37,980 nt of DNA. It comes from a virus (Duplodnaviria; Caudoviricetes). The stretch covers positions 1-37,980 of IMG/VR virus record IMGVR_UViG_3300020045_010481. One strand, written 5' to 3'. The notes below the pieces were generated by a model. The model was given only the letters and a program-made list of their open reading frames with translations. It was not told where the DNA came from and ran no database searches. This document shows positions 10,246 through 19,945 of the stretch, piece after piece (position 1 is the first letter of the stretch; each line of letters begins with the position of its first letter). The position numbers and the translations under genes are program-made.

Positions 10246-10728
10246 ATGGCAGTATTATCACCAAACGAAATGTTTTATACAGGTTTCGAACCTGTACAGA
10301 AAAATAGATTTAGAGTAACAATTGATGGATTCGAAAGTTTTTTAATTAAATCTTTCAAAATCCCTCGACCTAAATCATCAACAGTTGTAATTGACCACAT
10401 CAACATTCAACGAAAAGTGAAAGGAAAAACTACTATTGGTGGTTGGTCGATGATGGTTTATAATTCAATTGAACCTTCTTCTTCACAAATTATTGCAGAG
10501 TGGCAAAGACTACACCACGAATATGGTGGAAGAGATGGTTATAGCGACTTTTACAAAAAAGATATTATCATTGAAATTCTTGACCCTGTTGGGTTCGTAA
10601 TTAGTAGATACATTGTCAAAGGAGCATTCTTAACTGATGAGGGAGACTTAGATTTCGATTATGCAGGAGAAGGATTAGTTGACCTTCCATTATCAGGTGA
10701 GTGTGACTATTGTGAATTAGATTTCTAA
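10246..10728 (+). CDS. gp19: Tail tube protein, gp19-like
   Basis: FEPVQKNRF, EWQRLHHE..GRDGYSDFYKKD, ILDPVG, KGAF; follows the sheath gene. Confidence 0.9.
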   Translation: MAVLSPNEMFYTGFEPVQKNRFRVTIDGFESFLIKSFKIPRPKSSTVVIDHINIQRKVKGKTTIGGWSMMVYNSIEPSSSQIIAEWQRLHHEYGGRDGYSDFYKKDIIIEILDPVGFVISRYIVKGAFLTDEGDLDFDYAGEGLVDLPLSGECDYCELDF

Positions 10729-10749
10729 AATAAAATTAAAAATAAAAAT

Positions 10750-10810
10750 TCTTCTTGGGAATTATAAAGTCTATTGTTTTTAATGATAGATTTTATTGTT
10801 TCTGAGAAGA
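10750..10810 (+). other. 29-bp RNA hairpin rich in G-U pairs
   Basis: Arms 10750-10778 and 10782-10810 pair with 7 G-U wobbles and 1 mismatch. Confidence 0.7.
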
Positions 10811-10825
10811 TTGAAGAATAAAAAA

Positions 10826-11566
10826 ATGAATAATTTCGAAACAGTTAGAATTGATTTACCTTCTAAGGGTAAAGTATATTCTGTTGAAAGTCCTCTTTCA
10901 TTAGGATATGTAGAAATGCGTTACATGACGGCAAAACATGAAGACATCTTAACAAATCCAAATAATATTAATAAAGGTTGGAATTATGCAGTTAATGAAT
11001 TTGCTAAATCATTGATTGTTACAGAAGGATTCGAATATGGTGAGTTAATTGAAGGAGATTCTTTTCAAATATTGATTGCATCAAGAATATTATCGTATGG
11101 AGAAAAGTATCATTTTGAATATGATGAAACTCCTTACACAATTGATTTATCACAATTACCTGATAAAGAATTAAATTGGAAACTTTTTAAAAATAAAAAC
11201 GAATTTCCATTACATCTTACTATCTCCGATGCAACAGTTTGTATAAAACTATTAACAGTTAAAGATTTAAGTGATATTGATATTGAACTCAAAGAATTGA
11301 ATAAAAAATTTCCTGATGAAAATTTTAATAGATATGTCAAATTAAAGAAAATGCTTGTATCAGTTGATGGAGATTATTCAGAAGAGTCAATAATCAATTT
11401 CATAGACAATAAACTTATTGGTTGGGATATTAGAGATATATTTGATTTCTATAAAAAGATAAGTCCTGATGTAGATTTCACATTCAAAACTGATACGAAG
11501 GAGGGTACAGTTAAAAATATTCCCTTTTCACCCATTGAAATGTTTTTCCCTGACACCAAATTATAA
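10826..11566 (+). CDS. Baseplate hub assembly/tail assembly chaperone, gp26-like (ATG 10826 preferred)
   Basis: IDLPSKG..Y, EMRYMTAKHEDIL, GD..QILIASRILSYG..Y, ISPDVD; between tube and tape measure genes. Confidence 0.75.
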   Translation: MNNFETVRIDLPSKGKVYSVESPLSLGYVEMRYMTAKHEDILTNPNNINKGWNYAVNEFAKSLIVTEGFEYGELIEGDSFQILIASRILSYGEKYHFEYDETPYTIDLSQLPDKELNWKLFKNKNEFPLHLTISDATVCIKLLTVKDLSDIDIELKELNKKFPDENFNRYVKLKKMLVSVDGDYSEESIINFIDNKLIGWDIRDIFDFYKKISPDVDFTFKTDTKEGTVKNIPFSPIEMFFPDTKL

Positions 11567-11834
11567 AAAGATTGTCAGAGAAGAGATAGCATATCTTTGT
11601 GAATATGGAATTGGGTTTAATTTTGATATTTGTTATAATTTACCTGTATCTGAAAGAAAACTTCAAATATTATTATTGAACAACAAACTTAAACTGAAAC
11701 ATGAAAACGATGATTCAGAAGTCGATGATGGATTCACTTTCAATGAAAATACACCAATAAATAAAATACAAAAATTCAATAAAGGATTTAATAAAAAATC
11801 TGAGAAATTCACTTATAGACCTAAGAAAAAATGA
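11541..11834 (+). CDS. Downstream chaperone ORF (gp51-like position), probably expressed as a +1 frameshift extension
   Basis: No ATG in the ORF; overlaps the upstream gene end in +1 frame at ATG TTT TTC CCT GAC; motif YNLPVSERK. Confidence 0.6.
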   Translation, partial: CFSLTPNYKKIVREEIAYLCEYGIGFNFDICYNLPVSERKLQILLLNNKLKLKHENDDSEVDDGFTFNENTPINKIQKFNKGFNKKSEKFTYRPKKK

Positions 11835-11861
11835 CAAAATTTATCTTAGGTCTATATTTAT
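11814..11861 (+). promoter_or_regulatory. 13-bp inverted repeat fused to an ATATTTAT motif upstream of the tape measure gene
   Basis: TATAGACCTAAGA (11814-11826) / TCTTAGGTCTATA (11844-11856); ATATTTAT at 11854-11861. Confidence 0.6.
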
Positions 11862-11872
11862 AATAAAGGTTA

Positions 11873-14392
11873 ATGGCTAAAGTTGATACAAATAGTGAAT
11901 CGTTCAAAATATTGCAGGAAAATGTTAGTTCTGCGAGAGGAAAAATAATATCTGATGCTGACTTAACAAAAGAATTAAGTTCTAATAAAAAATTATTAGA
12001 AATTTATAAAGAAATTGAAAAAACATTAAAAAGTTCTAATCAATTATATTCAAAAAATAGAGAAACTGTTGAATTTATTTATAAATTAAGTAATAAACAT
12101 CTATTAAATCAAAGACTTGACAAAGTTACCCGACAAAATATCAATGAAATAAATAGAAGTAATCTAAAATATTTAGAAGATTCTCAAAATATAACAAGAG
12201 AGTCTTTAATGAATGATTTGGATTCAGAGAAAATAAAAAGAAAAATATTAGACCTAAATCATAAAATTTCTCAAAATGAAAGAGAAAAAAATAATGAAAG
12301 TGATAAATATATTTCTAAATTAAGTGAATTTTATGAATTTGTTGATAGAAGAGGTTCTGAATTTGGATTAGATTCAGATGATATGGATAATTTTGTTAAT
12401 GAAATAAGTAGAACTAATAAAGAATATGTTGAAGCATTAAAATTATTAGCATCAACTGATGATGCAGTTAAAAAAACTGAGTATCAAGATGCTATAAATA
12501 AGATTATGACTCAGCAATATAGAGCAACAGGTGATTTTTATGATTCAATAGTTGTGGCTGATGATGATAAGAAAGGACAAAAGTTAAAGGATAAATTCAT
12601 AAATAAACTTGATAATTTCTTAGGAGATTTAACACAAAGTACAGCGATATTATCACATCTTGAACTTAGTGAAAATGTAACAAAAGGACATATTGATAGA
12701 TTAGAAAATGAAAAAGAGAGAGCAGAAAAACTCGAAAAATCAACAGGTAAAATTCTAAGACTTTTTGAATCTCTTTCTTATACACCATTAAATTCAATAT
12801 TCAATTTTAGAGGTGCAAGGGATAAAATAAAAGATGCAGGAGGAGTTGGTGATTCATTGAGTGGAACTGCTTTAAAACACGTCTTAGAAGAGTCTGCATT
12901 AGGAAAAATGGGACTTGTTGGAGCAGGTGCTTTAATTGGTAAGGAGATAATTTCTTTAATGGCTAAAGCAGATGATAGAGTTACTAAGTTAGCAAGGTCA
13001 TTTGGTGTAGCAAAGAGTGAAGCAGGAGGTTTGTATGATAATATGGAAGGTGTCAACACTGAACTCGGAAGAATCGGTGTTAATATTGATGATTTAATAG
13101 ATGCTCAAATAAAATTTAATGATGATTTTGCTTATTCTGTTAATTTAACAGGTCAAATGTTGAAAGACATTGTTCAATCAACAAAACAAATAGGTTTAAG
13201 TCAAGAAGCGACAAATCAATCAATTAAATATGGATTAGTAAACAATAGAGAAGTTGGAGATGTCCAAAGTGAAATATTAGGAACTATCATCATGCAATCC
13301 GATGGTTTGTTGAACAATAAAGTTGCATTAGAGAAAGTTTTAAATGTTAGTGGAGAAGTAAGAGCAAACTTAAAAGGTAATATTGGAGAAATTGCTAAGG
13401 CAGTTGCTAAGTCACAAGAGTTGGGAATTAGTTTAGAAAAGGTTAATTCAATTGGTGAAGGATTATTAGACTTTGAATCAAGTATAAATAATGAGTTAGA
13501 AGCTGAATTGTTGACGAGTAGAGAGCTTAATTTAGAGAAGGCGAGGTATTATGCCCTAACAGGTCAAACAAACGAACTGATGGGAGAAATCAATAAGAAT
13601 GTTGGTACATTTGATGATTTTGTTGCAATGAATGTTCTTCAACAACAAGCATTTGCAAAAGCAACAGGAATGAGTCGTGAAGAAATGTCTAATATGTTAT
13701 TTGAACAACAAGTTAATCAGAAAATAAAAAGTTTAGGCGACCAAAAATTCTTAGAAGAAGAAAGAACTATACTCTCTCAAAGTGAGAAATTCAAGACACA
13801 GTATAACAAAATTATGAACAATACTGCATTAACTCAGAAGGAGAAAATGTTAGAATTGGGAACTATTGCAAGAGAAAATATTAGTGCAATGACCGCACAA
13901 CAAAAGTTTGAAGAAACTTTGAATAAAGTAAAAGAAAAGGTCGCTCAACTATTTGGTGATGGTGCGATTCTTGATAAACTTGCTAATGGTTTAATTCATT
14001 TTCTTGGGATGTTTAACATAATAAGTGAGAATGATGTTAGACAATTTGATGCTGATGAACTTATTAGAAAAACTAATCCAAATCTAAAAGTAGATGATGT
14101 AAAATATAAAGAAAAGATGTCTGCTTATATGGGTATGGATAATTATGACTTCAAAAGGATAAAAGGAATTGAAGACAATCAACAAGATTATCTAAGAGGT
14201 GGTGGAAAATCTCAATATTATATAAAAGAGTTAGATAAAAAACGAAAAGAAGCATATTCAGAAGCAATGGATGGAAAGAATATGAAAATATTCATTGATG
14301 AAATAACAAATGCAATAAAAAATATTAAAATAGATAATCACATGGACTCAACAAGATTAAATACGGCACTAAAGAAAAACCAACAACACTAA
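11873..14392 (+). CDS. Tape measure protein
   Basis: 839 aa, helical; LLDFESSINNELEAELLTSRELNLEKAR, QQAFAKATGMSREEM; after tube and chaperone genes. Confidence 0.85.
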   Translation: MAKVDTNSESFKILQENVSSARGKIISDADLTKELSSNKKLLEIYKEIEKTLKSSNQLYSKNRETVEFIYKLSNKHLLNQRLDKVTRQNINEINRSNLKYLEDSQNITRESLMNDLDSEKIKRKILDLNHKISQNEREKNNESDKYISKLSEFYEFVDRRGSEFGLDSDDMDNFVNEISRTNKEYVEALKLLASTDDAVKKTEYQDAINKIMTQQYRATGDFYDSIVVADDDKKGQKLKDKFINKLDNFLGDLTQSTAILSHLELSENVTKGHIDRLENEKERAEKLEKSTGKILRLFESLSYTPLNSIFNFRGARDKIKDAGGVGDSLSGTALKHVLEESALGKMGLVGAGALIGKEIISLMAKADDRVTKLARSFGVAKSEAGGLYDNMEGVNTELGRIGVNIDDLIDAQIKFNDDFAYSVNLTGQMLKDIVQSTKQIGLSQEATNQSIKYGLVNNREVGDVQSEILGTIIMQSDGLLNNKVALEKVLNVSGEVRANLKGNIGEIAKAVAKSQELGISLEKVNSIGEGLLDFESSINNELEAELLTSRELNLEKARYYALTGQTNELMGEINKNVGTFDDFVAMNVLQQQAFAKATGMSREEMSNMLFEQQVNQKIKSLGDQKFLEEERTILSQSEKFKTQYNKIMNNTALTQKEKMLELGTIARENISAMTAQQKFEETLNKVKEKVAQLFGDGAILDKLANGLIHFLGMFNIISENDVRQFDADELIRKTNPNLKVDDVKYKEKMSAYMGMDNYDFKRIKGIEDNQQDYLRGGGKSQYYIKELDKKRKEAYSEAMDGKNMKIFIDEITNAIKNIKIDNHMDSTRLNTALKKNQQH

Positions 14393-14405
14393 AACAAATA
14401 ATAAA

Positions 14406-14621
14406 ATGGCAATAATTGATTTATTCAATGCAGGTAAAACTCAATTTTCAAAAATTGACAAACCATCACGATTAGGAAAAGATGATTTGACTTCAAAAGT
14501 TCATTATCAATATTCATTAAATGGAAATCCTAATATAAAAAACTTACCTAAACCTACAAGATTGAAAAGAGATTTTGGAGGTAAAGAACCTATTCTATAC
14601 ACAAGTTTAGAGAGACGATAA
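14406..14621 (+). CDS. Small tail-associated hypothetical protein
   Basis: 71-aa ORF coupled to the next gene (TAATG); both begin MAIIDL. Confidence 0.6.
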   Translation: MAIIDLFNAGKTQFSKIDKPSRLGKDDLTSKVHYQYSLNGNPNIKNLPKPTRLKRDFGGKEPILYTSLERR

Positions 14622-16420
14622 TGGCAATAATTGATTTGAAATCAAGATATAGAGAAAAAAATAATTTCAAGAAACCTTATGTGTACCATGAAATACCATC
14701 GAAGGATGAGCAAGGGAATACATATAATGGAGTATTGGGGTTAATAAATTCCAAAAAGGATGATGTTATTAGAATTAGTAAATATTTAGCTGATGTTAAA
14801 AACAGTGCTAATTTTATAGCAAAACAAGTATCTTTACACAGATTAAACCCTCTCACTGAATTAGGAGAGGGTTTAAGAACTTGGACTCCTCTTAATTTGA
14901 TGTCACAAATCGTTGCAAATGTAACAGGAGGTTCTGTTCGTGGTTCGGGTTTGAATCCGTTATCAAATCCAAGTTATATTCAATTCAAAAAAGATGAAAT
15001 ATTAAGAGATGATTATAATCAAAATAGATTGGTTAAATTATCTAAGAAGTTATTCATTGGTGGAGATAGTATAATAGATACATATAATGGAGGAAGTGGG
15101 AGTATTTTAGGAATAGGTAGAACCTTTATAACGAGAAGTGAATATACAGGTAAGAAAATGGATGTTTTGATGACAAATGTATTGAAAAGTAATGTGTCAA
15201 GAACTCCTTTTGATATTGAAACTGATATGTTGTTATCAACAAAAATGGTTGATAATAGAGAGAAACTTGTTATAGGTAAACTTGATGAATTAGAAGGTTA
15301 TTATGGAATAAAAACTAAAATATATGAACCATATTTAAAAAACACTGTTGTAAGAAATACAAATTATAGAACTTTAAATATGAAGGAGAGGGAAACTCAT
15401 GAACTTGGAACTGATTTTCGTGCGAGTCTCCCAAATTTAATAAATGAAGAGACAGGAAATCCATTTGTTGAAACATTTAAAAAATTTAATATAACAAAAA
15501 GAGTTGGATTAGGGTATTCTGATGAAACAATTGGTAAACTTCCTATTTATTATTCAGATTCACCCACAGGAAAATCACCAAAATCTAAAATTCTCGATAA
15601 AAGAATAAGTCAAGATGTAGTTAGACCAAATTCAGACTATTTGAGTGACCAAATAAGAGATTTAGTTAGATTTAGAGTTGAATTGATAGATGTAGATAAT
15701 CCAAATTTCGGTGATTACATAATTTTGCGTTCAACAATACAAGGATTAACTGAGAATTTCTCATCAACTTGGAATAATGTTAATTATACCGGAAGAGGAG
15801 AAACATTTAAGAGATATTCTTCAACAAATTCTTCAATTTCATTTAATTTTACTATATATGCAACTTCAAGAGGTGAAATGAAGATTATGTATCAAAAATT
15901 AAATGCTCTTATTACAGGTGCAATGTACCCATCTTACAATAAACAACATAAGATGAGAGGAAGTATGATTAGATTGACCATAGGAGACTTCATGGAGAAT
16001 CAACCATGTGTTGTAGATTCATTTAATTTAGTAGTGCCTGATGATAATAGTTGGGAAATTGCGTATGATGGTCAACAAAATCAAGTTGATGGAATTACTG
16101 AGGATTATGTTCTCCCAAAAATAATAAATGGGAGTATGACCATATCTCCAATATATAATTTCTTACCACAAAAGTCATTATCAAAAACATTCTTTGTTCT
16201 ACCTAATGAAAATATAAAAGGATTGAGAAATTTGCATTGGATTGGTGGAGAAGAAGGTGAAATGAGAAAGTATGAAAATAGTAAAGCGAGTAATAAAGAA
16301 TTAAAATCATTCGATTTTGTAAGTCAATTTAAAAAGGAACAAGAAATTGATGATGTTAAGTCTAATCTATCACAACAGTCAATCATTAATTCTAAAACAT
16401 ATAAAGATTTTAAAAAATGA
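14621..16420 (+). CDS. Baseplate/tail tube initiator-like protein
   Basis: C-terminal tube-like region: WNNVNYTGRGETF..Y, ISFNF, MYQKLN.L, RLTIGDF, SWEI. Confidence 0.65.
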   Translation: MAIIDLKSRYREKNNFKKPYVYHEIPSKDEQGNTYNGVLGLINSKKDDVIRISKYLADVKNSANFIAKQVSLHRLNPLTELGEGLRTWTPLNLMSQIVANVTGGSVRGSGLNPLSNPSYIQFKKDEILRDDYNQNRLVKLSKKLFIGGDSIIDTYNGGSGSILGIGRTFITRSEYTGKKMDVLMTNVLKSNVSRTPFDIETDMLLSTKMVDNREKLVIGKLDELEGYYGIKTKIYEPYLKNTVVRNTNYRTLNMKERETHELGTDFRASLPNLINEETGNPFVETFKKFNITKRVGLGYSDETIGKLPIYYSDSPTGKSPKSKILDKRISQDVVRPNSDYLSDQIRDLVRFRVELIDVDNPNFGDYIILRSTIQGLTENFSSTWNNVNYTGRGETFKRYSSTNSSISFNFTIYATSRGEMKIMYQKLNALITGAMYPSYNKQHKMRGSMIRLTIGDFMENQPCVVDSFNLVVPDDNSWEIAYDGQQNQVDGITEDYVLPKIINGSMTISPIYNFLPQKSLSKTFFVLPNENIKGLRNLHWIGGEEGEMRKYENSKASNKELKSFDFVSQFKKEQEIDDVKSNLSQQSIINSKTYKDFKK

Positions 16421-16716
16421 TAAAATATACAGAATTTGCTGAAATTGTTGCTGACTTATATAAAAAAAAACATTATAAAACAATATTTTTCCCAATTATT
16501 CCTCTTTCAAATAATGATACTTACATCTTAACTGATGCAGGTGATACATTAACTGAAATATCTTATAAATTTTGGGGTAAAGAATCTCTTTGGTGGATTA
16601 TTCCGTGTGTTAATCCACATATATCACCCGACTCATTCAGATTAAAGGCAGATATACAATTAAGAATACCCGATTTAGAAGAATTCACTGAGAAAATGTT
16701 AGAAATAAATTCTTAA
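16417..16716 (+). CDS. LysM-like baseplate wedge protein (gp53-like)
   Basis: GDTLTEISYKFWGKESLWWIIPCVNP...QLRIP. Confidence 0.8.
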   Translation: MIKYTEFAEIVADLYKKKHYKTIFFPIIPLSNNDTYILTDAGDTLTEISYKFWGKESLWWIIPCVNPHISPDSFRLKADIQLRIPDLEEFTEKMLEINS

Positions 16717-16720
16717 AACT

Positions 16721-16750
16721 TTTGAATTATAAATATTTCTATTAAATTTG
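16721..16750 (+). promoter_or_regulatory. Bacteroidota sigma-A-type promoter (TTTG ... TAnnTTTG)
   Basis: TTTG 16721-16724 and TAAATTTG 16743-16750, intergenic, upstream of ATG 16773. Confidence 0.6.
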
Positions 16751-16772
16751 TAGGGATTAAAAAATAAAATTT

Positions 16773-17168
16773 ATGAATATAAGAATAACCAATAAGAAAG
16801 AATTTCAGAATAGAGAAAAACTTCCATTATGTGTAAAACAAAAATGGATTAATGAAATTATTTCTTACGATAAAAAAATAAATAACTTCTATCTAAATAG
16901 AGGTGAAGAATATTCGATATTAGGATTATTCCTAAAATCTCAAAATGAAAGATTTGAACAATTAGTTGATTCAAATCTTTTTTCATGTGATTCATTCACA
17001 ACATCAATAAGTAGTAATAATAGATATTACAAAATGATAGGTGGTAGTGGAGAATTCATTGGATTTAGAATCATAATAAATCGTTATGAATTTGAAAATA
17101 TTTGGGAACTCAATTATTTTATCCAAGATAAAAACATTTTTATAAGCATCATCAATGAGCATTTTTAA
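16773..17168 (+). CDS. Hypothetical accessory protein inside the baseplate cluster
   Basis: 131-aa ORF with its own promoter; VKQKWINEI motif. Confidence 0.6.
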   Translation: MNIRITNKKEFQNREKLPLCVKQKWINEIISYDKKINNFYLNRGEEYSILGLFLKSQNERFEQLVDSNLFSCDSFTTSISSNNRYYKMIGGSGEFIGFRIIINRYEFENIWELNYFIQDKNIFISIINEHF

Positions 17169-19470
17169 GGGAAATCCCTCAACATTCGTAACTGAACAAA
17201 TAAAAGTTAGACAAAATAAAATCTTCGAAAGGAATTCTCCTGAGATAATTTCGTGGATAAATTCAAGAACTTGTAATGTCAGACTTACTTCCGCAGTTAA
17301 TGTTGAAGATGAAGCATTAGCAAAATATCTTGGAGTTAAGATTGGAAATAGTTTTGCTAAATCTATGGTTTTAGAAAATGGAGAATTGTTTTATAATCCC
17401 GATACTAATAAGTTCTCACAGAGATTTGGATTTGGTAAGGGAGGAAGTTATGGTGATTCTTCAAATGGTAGTCACACAAGTCAAGGAATTGTTCCTATGA
17501 GTGGTATAACAAGTGTTTCTATAAATTCATTGAATGCTTATGGAACATTAAGCACTGCTTCAATTACAATAAGATGTAACTCACAAAAAGAACTTGAAAG
17601 AATTTGGTTACTCTATGGGACATTAGGTTATTGTTTACTATTAGAGTTATCAAATTCTATATATTTTGATAACAATGGTAAGTACCAAACAGAATTAAGA
17701 AAATATAATATTTTGGATGAAACAAATGTCTCCAAAGAACAAATATTTAGAGATTTATATTCAACATCAGATAATCCGATAAATAAAAATAATAAAACGA
17801 AGTTGATTGAATCGGGTTGTGGAAATTATTATGGTTCACTATTAATTGTTAAAAATTTCCATGTTAGGAATGTAGAAGGAAGTGACCATGTTTTTGATTT
17901 AGTAGTTGATGCAGTTTCAGTTAATGAAGTTCAAGATAGTTTAAGAATAAATTATGTAGGAACTACTAATATTGAACAATTCTCAAAATTAAATTATGAT
18001 GAGAAACAAAATTTATCAAAAGATTTCTCAAAATCTAAATTAAACGGTCTATTATCAGCTATAAGTTCAACTGTTAGAAATAATATGAACTTTGAATATA
18101 ATGGAAGTAATATTTTAAAATATGTGAATGTTGATGTTGAAGGAATAGGAGCATTAAGTATTTTAACAGGATATGTTTCAGAAAATGGTTCTAAAGACCC
18201 TTTCAATTGTTATATGAAATTTGATGATTTTGTAAATTTATTTAATGAAAAAATACTTCCTCATACATCAAAAAATAAACCATTAGTCAGAGTCTCTTTA
18301 TTAGATGAAAGTGGTGGAGATTTAACTATCTTTTCTCATTATCTACAAATACCTACAAGACTCGATGTATGTTATATTGAATCTGTCAGAAATTTAGATT
18401 TGTTGAGATATAGATTAAAATTAACAGATGAATCGGATTTTCTTGGCTATGATTTTCATGTTGATGATAAATGTAATAGAGGGTATTTGAAAAATATATT
18501 CATAAATGTCAATTTCTTAAAATATGCAATTGATGAAACATTAGTTGAAAATTCGGTTAATCTCCAAAAATATTTTGATTTTATTTTGAAACATATATCA
18601 AATTCTTTAGGTGGTATAAATGATTTAAAATTGATTGGTGACATGGAAGACACTGCTTTGAGAATTGTTGATTCAAATTATGTAGAACCTTATCCTGATA
18701 AGAAAAAAGAACTAACTCTTGAACTATCAGGTCTAAAAAGTGTGGTCAAAAATTATCATTTCGAATCAAGTATATTTCCTGCATTGATGTCAACTATTGC
18801 CATCTCAGCAGGAGGTGGTGGAAAAAATGGTGCAACAGGTATAAACACGAATTGTTTCGATATTTTACATGAAGGATTATCTGATAGAATATTGAAAAAT
18901 ATGCACAATGCAGAAGAAGAAATCACCAAAGGAAATACTGATAGTATCATTGACAGATGTAAGCAATTAGCACCTGTTTTGGAAAAAACTATTGCAGAAT
19001 ATGTCACTAAGATTAATGAAAATGATTCTTCAACGGCAGAAAGTCCCGAAAATATTTCTCAAAGTTTGTTTGAATTTATAAATTTAGAAGTATCTTTGCA
19101 ACAGAATATAAATAAAAACTCATTACATAGTTCAACTGCTATACTTCCATTAAAATTATCAATAACTATGGATGGAATAGCAGGATTTAAAATTGGTGAT
19201 ATTTTTAAAGTAAATCCAAATTCATTACCAATACATTTTAGAGGTTATACAAAAAGTAATCAAACAAAAATAGGATTTGTTATAACAAGGATAAATCATG
19301 AAGTATCAGATAATGAATGGACTATTAATTTAGAAACTCAAACTGTTATATTAGATAGTGGTAAAAAATATAACACTGTAATTAAAACTGCAATTTATGA
19401 ATATAGTCCACTCTTATTATTGTACAATAAAAAATATAATGAAATAGATTTTCTCAAAATTTTAAAATAA
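17155..19470 (+). CDS. Baseplate hub-like protein
   Basis: EQIKVRQ, VRLTSAV, GIVPMSGITSVSI, NIFINV, LPLKLSITMDGIAGFKIGDIF, INHEVSDNEWT; follows the LysM protein. Confidence 0.65.
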   Translation: MSIFKGNPSTFVTEQIKVRQNKIFERNSPEIISWINSRTCNVRLTSAVNVEDEALAKYLGVKIGNSFAKSMVLENGELFYNPDTNKFSQRFGFGKGGSYGDSSNGSHTSQGIVPMSGITSVSINSLNAYGTLSTASITIRCNSQKELERIWLLYGTLGYCLLLELSNSIYFDNNGKYQTELRKYNILDETNVSKEQIFRDLYSTSDNPINKNNKTKLIESGCGNYYGSLLIVKNFHVRNVEGSDHVFDLVVDAVSVNEVQDSLRINYVGTTNIEQFSKLNYDEKQNLSKDFSKSKLNGLLSAISSTVRNNMNFEYNGSNILKYVNVDVEGIGALSILTGYVSENGSKDPFNCYMKFDDFVNLFNEKILPHTSKNKPLVRVSLLDESGGDLTIFSHYLQIPTRLDVCYIESVRNLDLLRYRLKLTDESDFLGYDFHVDDKCNRGYLKNIFINVNFLKYAIDETLVENSVNLQKYFDFILKHISNSLGGINDLKLIGDMEDTALRIVDSNYVEPYPDKKKELTLELSGLKSVVKNYHFESSIFPALMSTIAISAGGGGKNGATGINTNCFDILHEGLSDRILKNMHNAEEEITKGNTDSIIDRCKQLAPVLEKTIAEYVTKINENDSSTAESPENISQSLFEFINLEVSLQQNINKNSLHSSTAILPLKLSITMDGIAGFKIGDIFKVNPNSLPIHFRGYTKSNQTKIGFVITRINHEVSDNEWTINLETQTVILDSGKKYNTVIKTAIYEYSPLLLLYNKKYNEIDFLKILK

Positions 19471-19486
19471 ATTAAACAAAAAAGTT

Positions 19487-19945
19487 ATGGAATTACAAGA
19501 AATTTTAGAAAGATTAAAAAAGACAATTGATTTGTCTAAAACATTGAAAGATGAAGAATTTGATTATTCTCAATTAGTTTCGAAGTTTAATGAGAATAAT
19601 TGTGGTACTGTTTGTTGTATTGCAGGACACTATCCTAATTGGGGTATTGGAGAATTTTATTATCATTTTTATGATGAATATACTGAATATGCTGAATTAA
19701 TATTAAGACATGAAGGATTAGGAGCAGATATACAATCAGCATTAATTGAGTATCATGGTTTGAGTGGAGAATTAATTAGTGCTTTATTCTATGGAAGAAA
19801 TTTTGATGGAACATTTACTGATGAATTAGTAAACTACGAGGATTTATCATTATATTCTTTACAAGAAGTGATTGAACGTTTTGAAACAGTTTATGAATTA
19901 TTAGAAAACAAAACTATAACTCCTGATTGGAATCATAATGAATAA
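19487..19945 (+). CDS. Hypothetical protein, paralog of 36970..37356
   Basis: CGTVCCIAGH motif; shares MEL.EIL, GRN..GTFTD and RFETV..LL.N..I.PDW with 36970. Confidence 0.7.
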   Translation: MELQEILERLKKTIDLSKTLKDEEFDYSQLVSKFNENNCGTVCCIAGHYPNWGIGEFYYHFYDEYTEYAELILRHEGLGADIQSALIEYHGLSGELISALFYGRNFDGTFTDELVNYEDLSLYSLQEVIERFETVYELLENKTITPDWNHNE

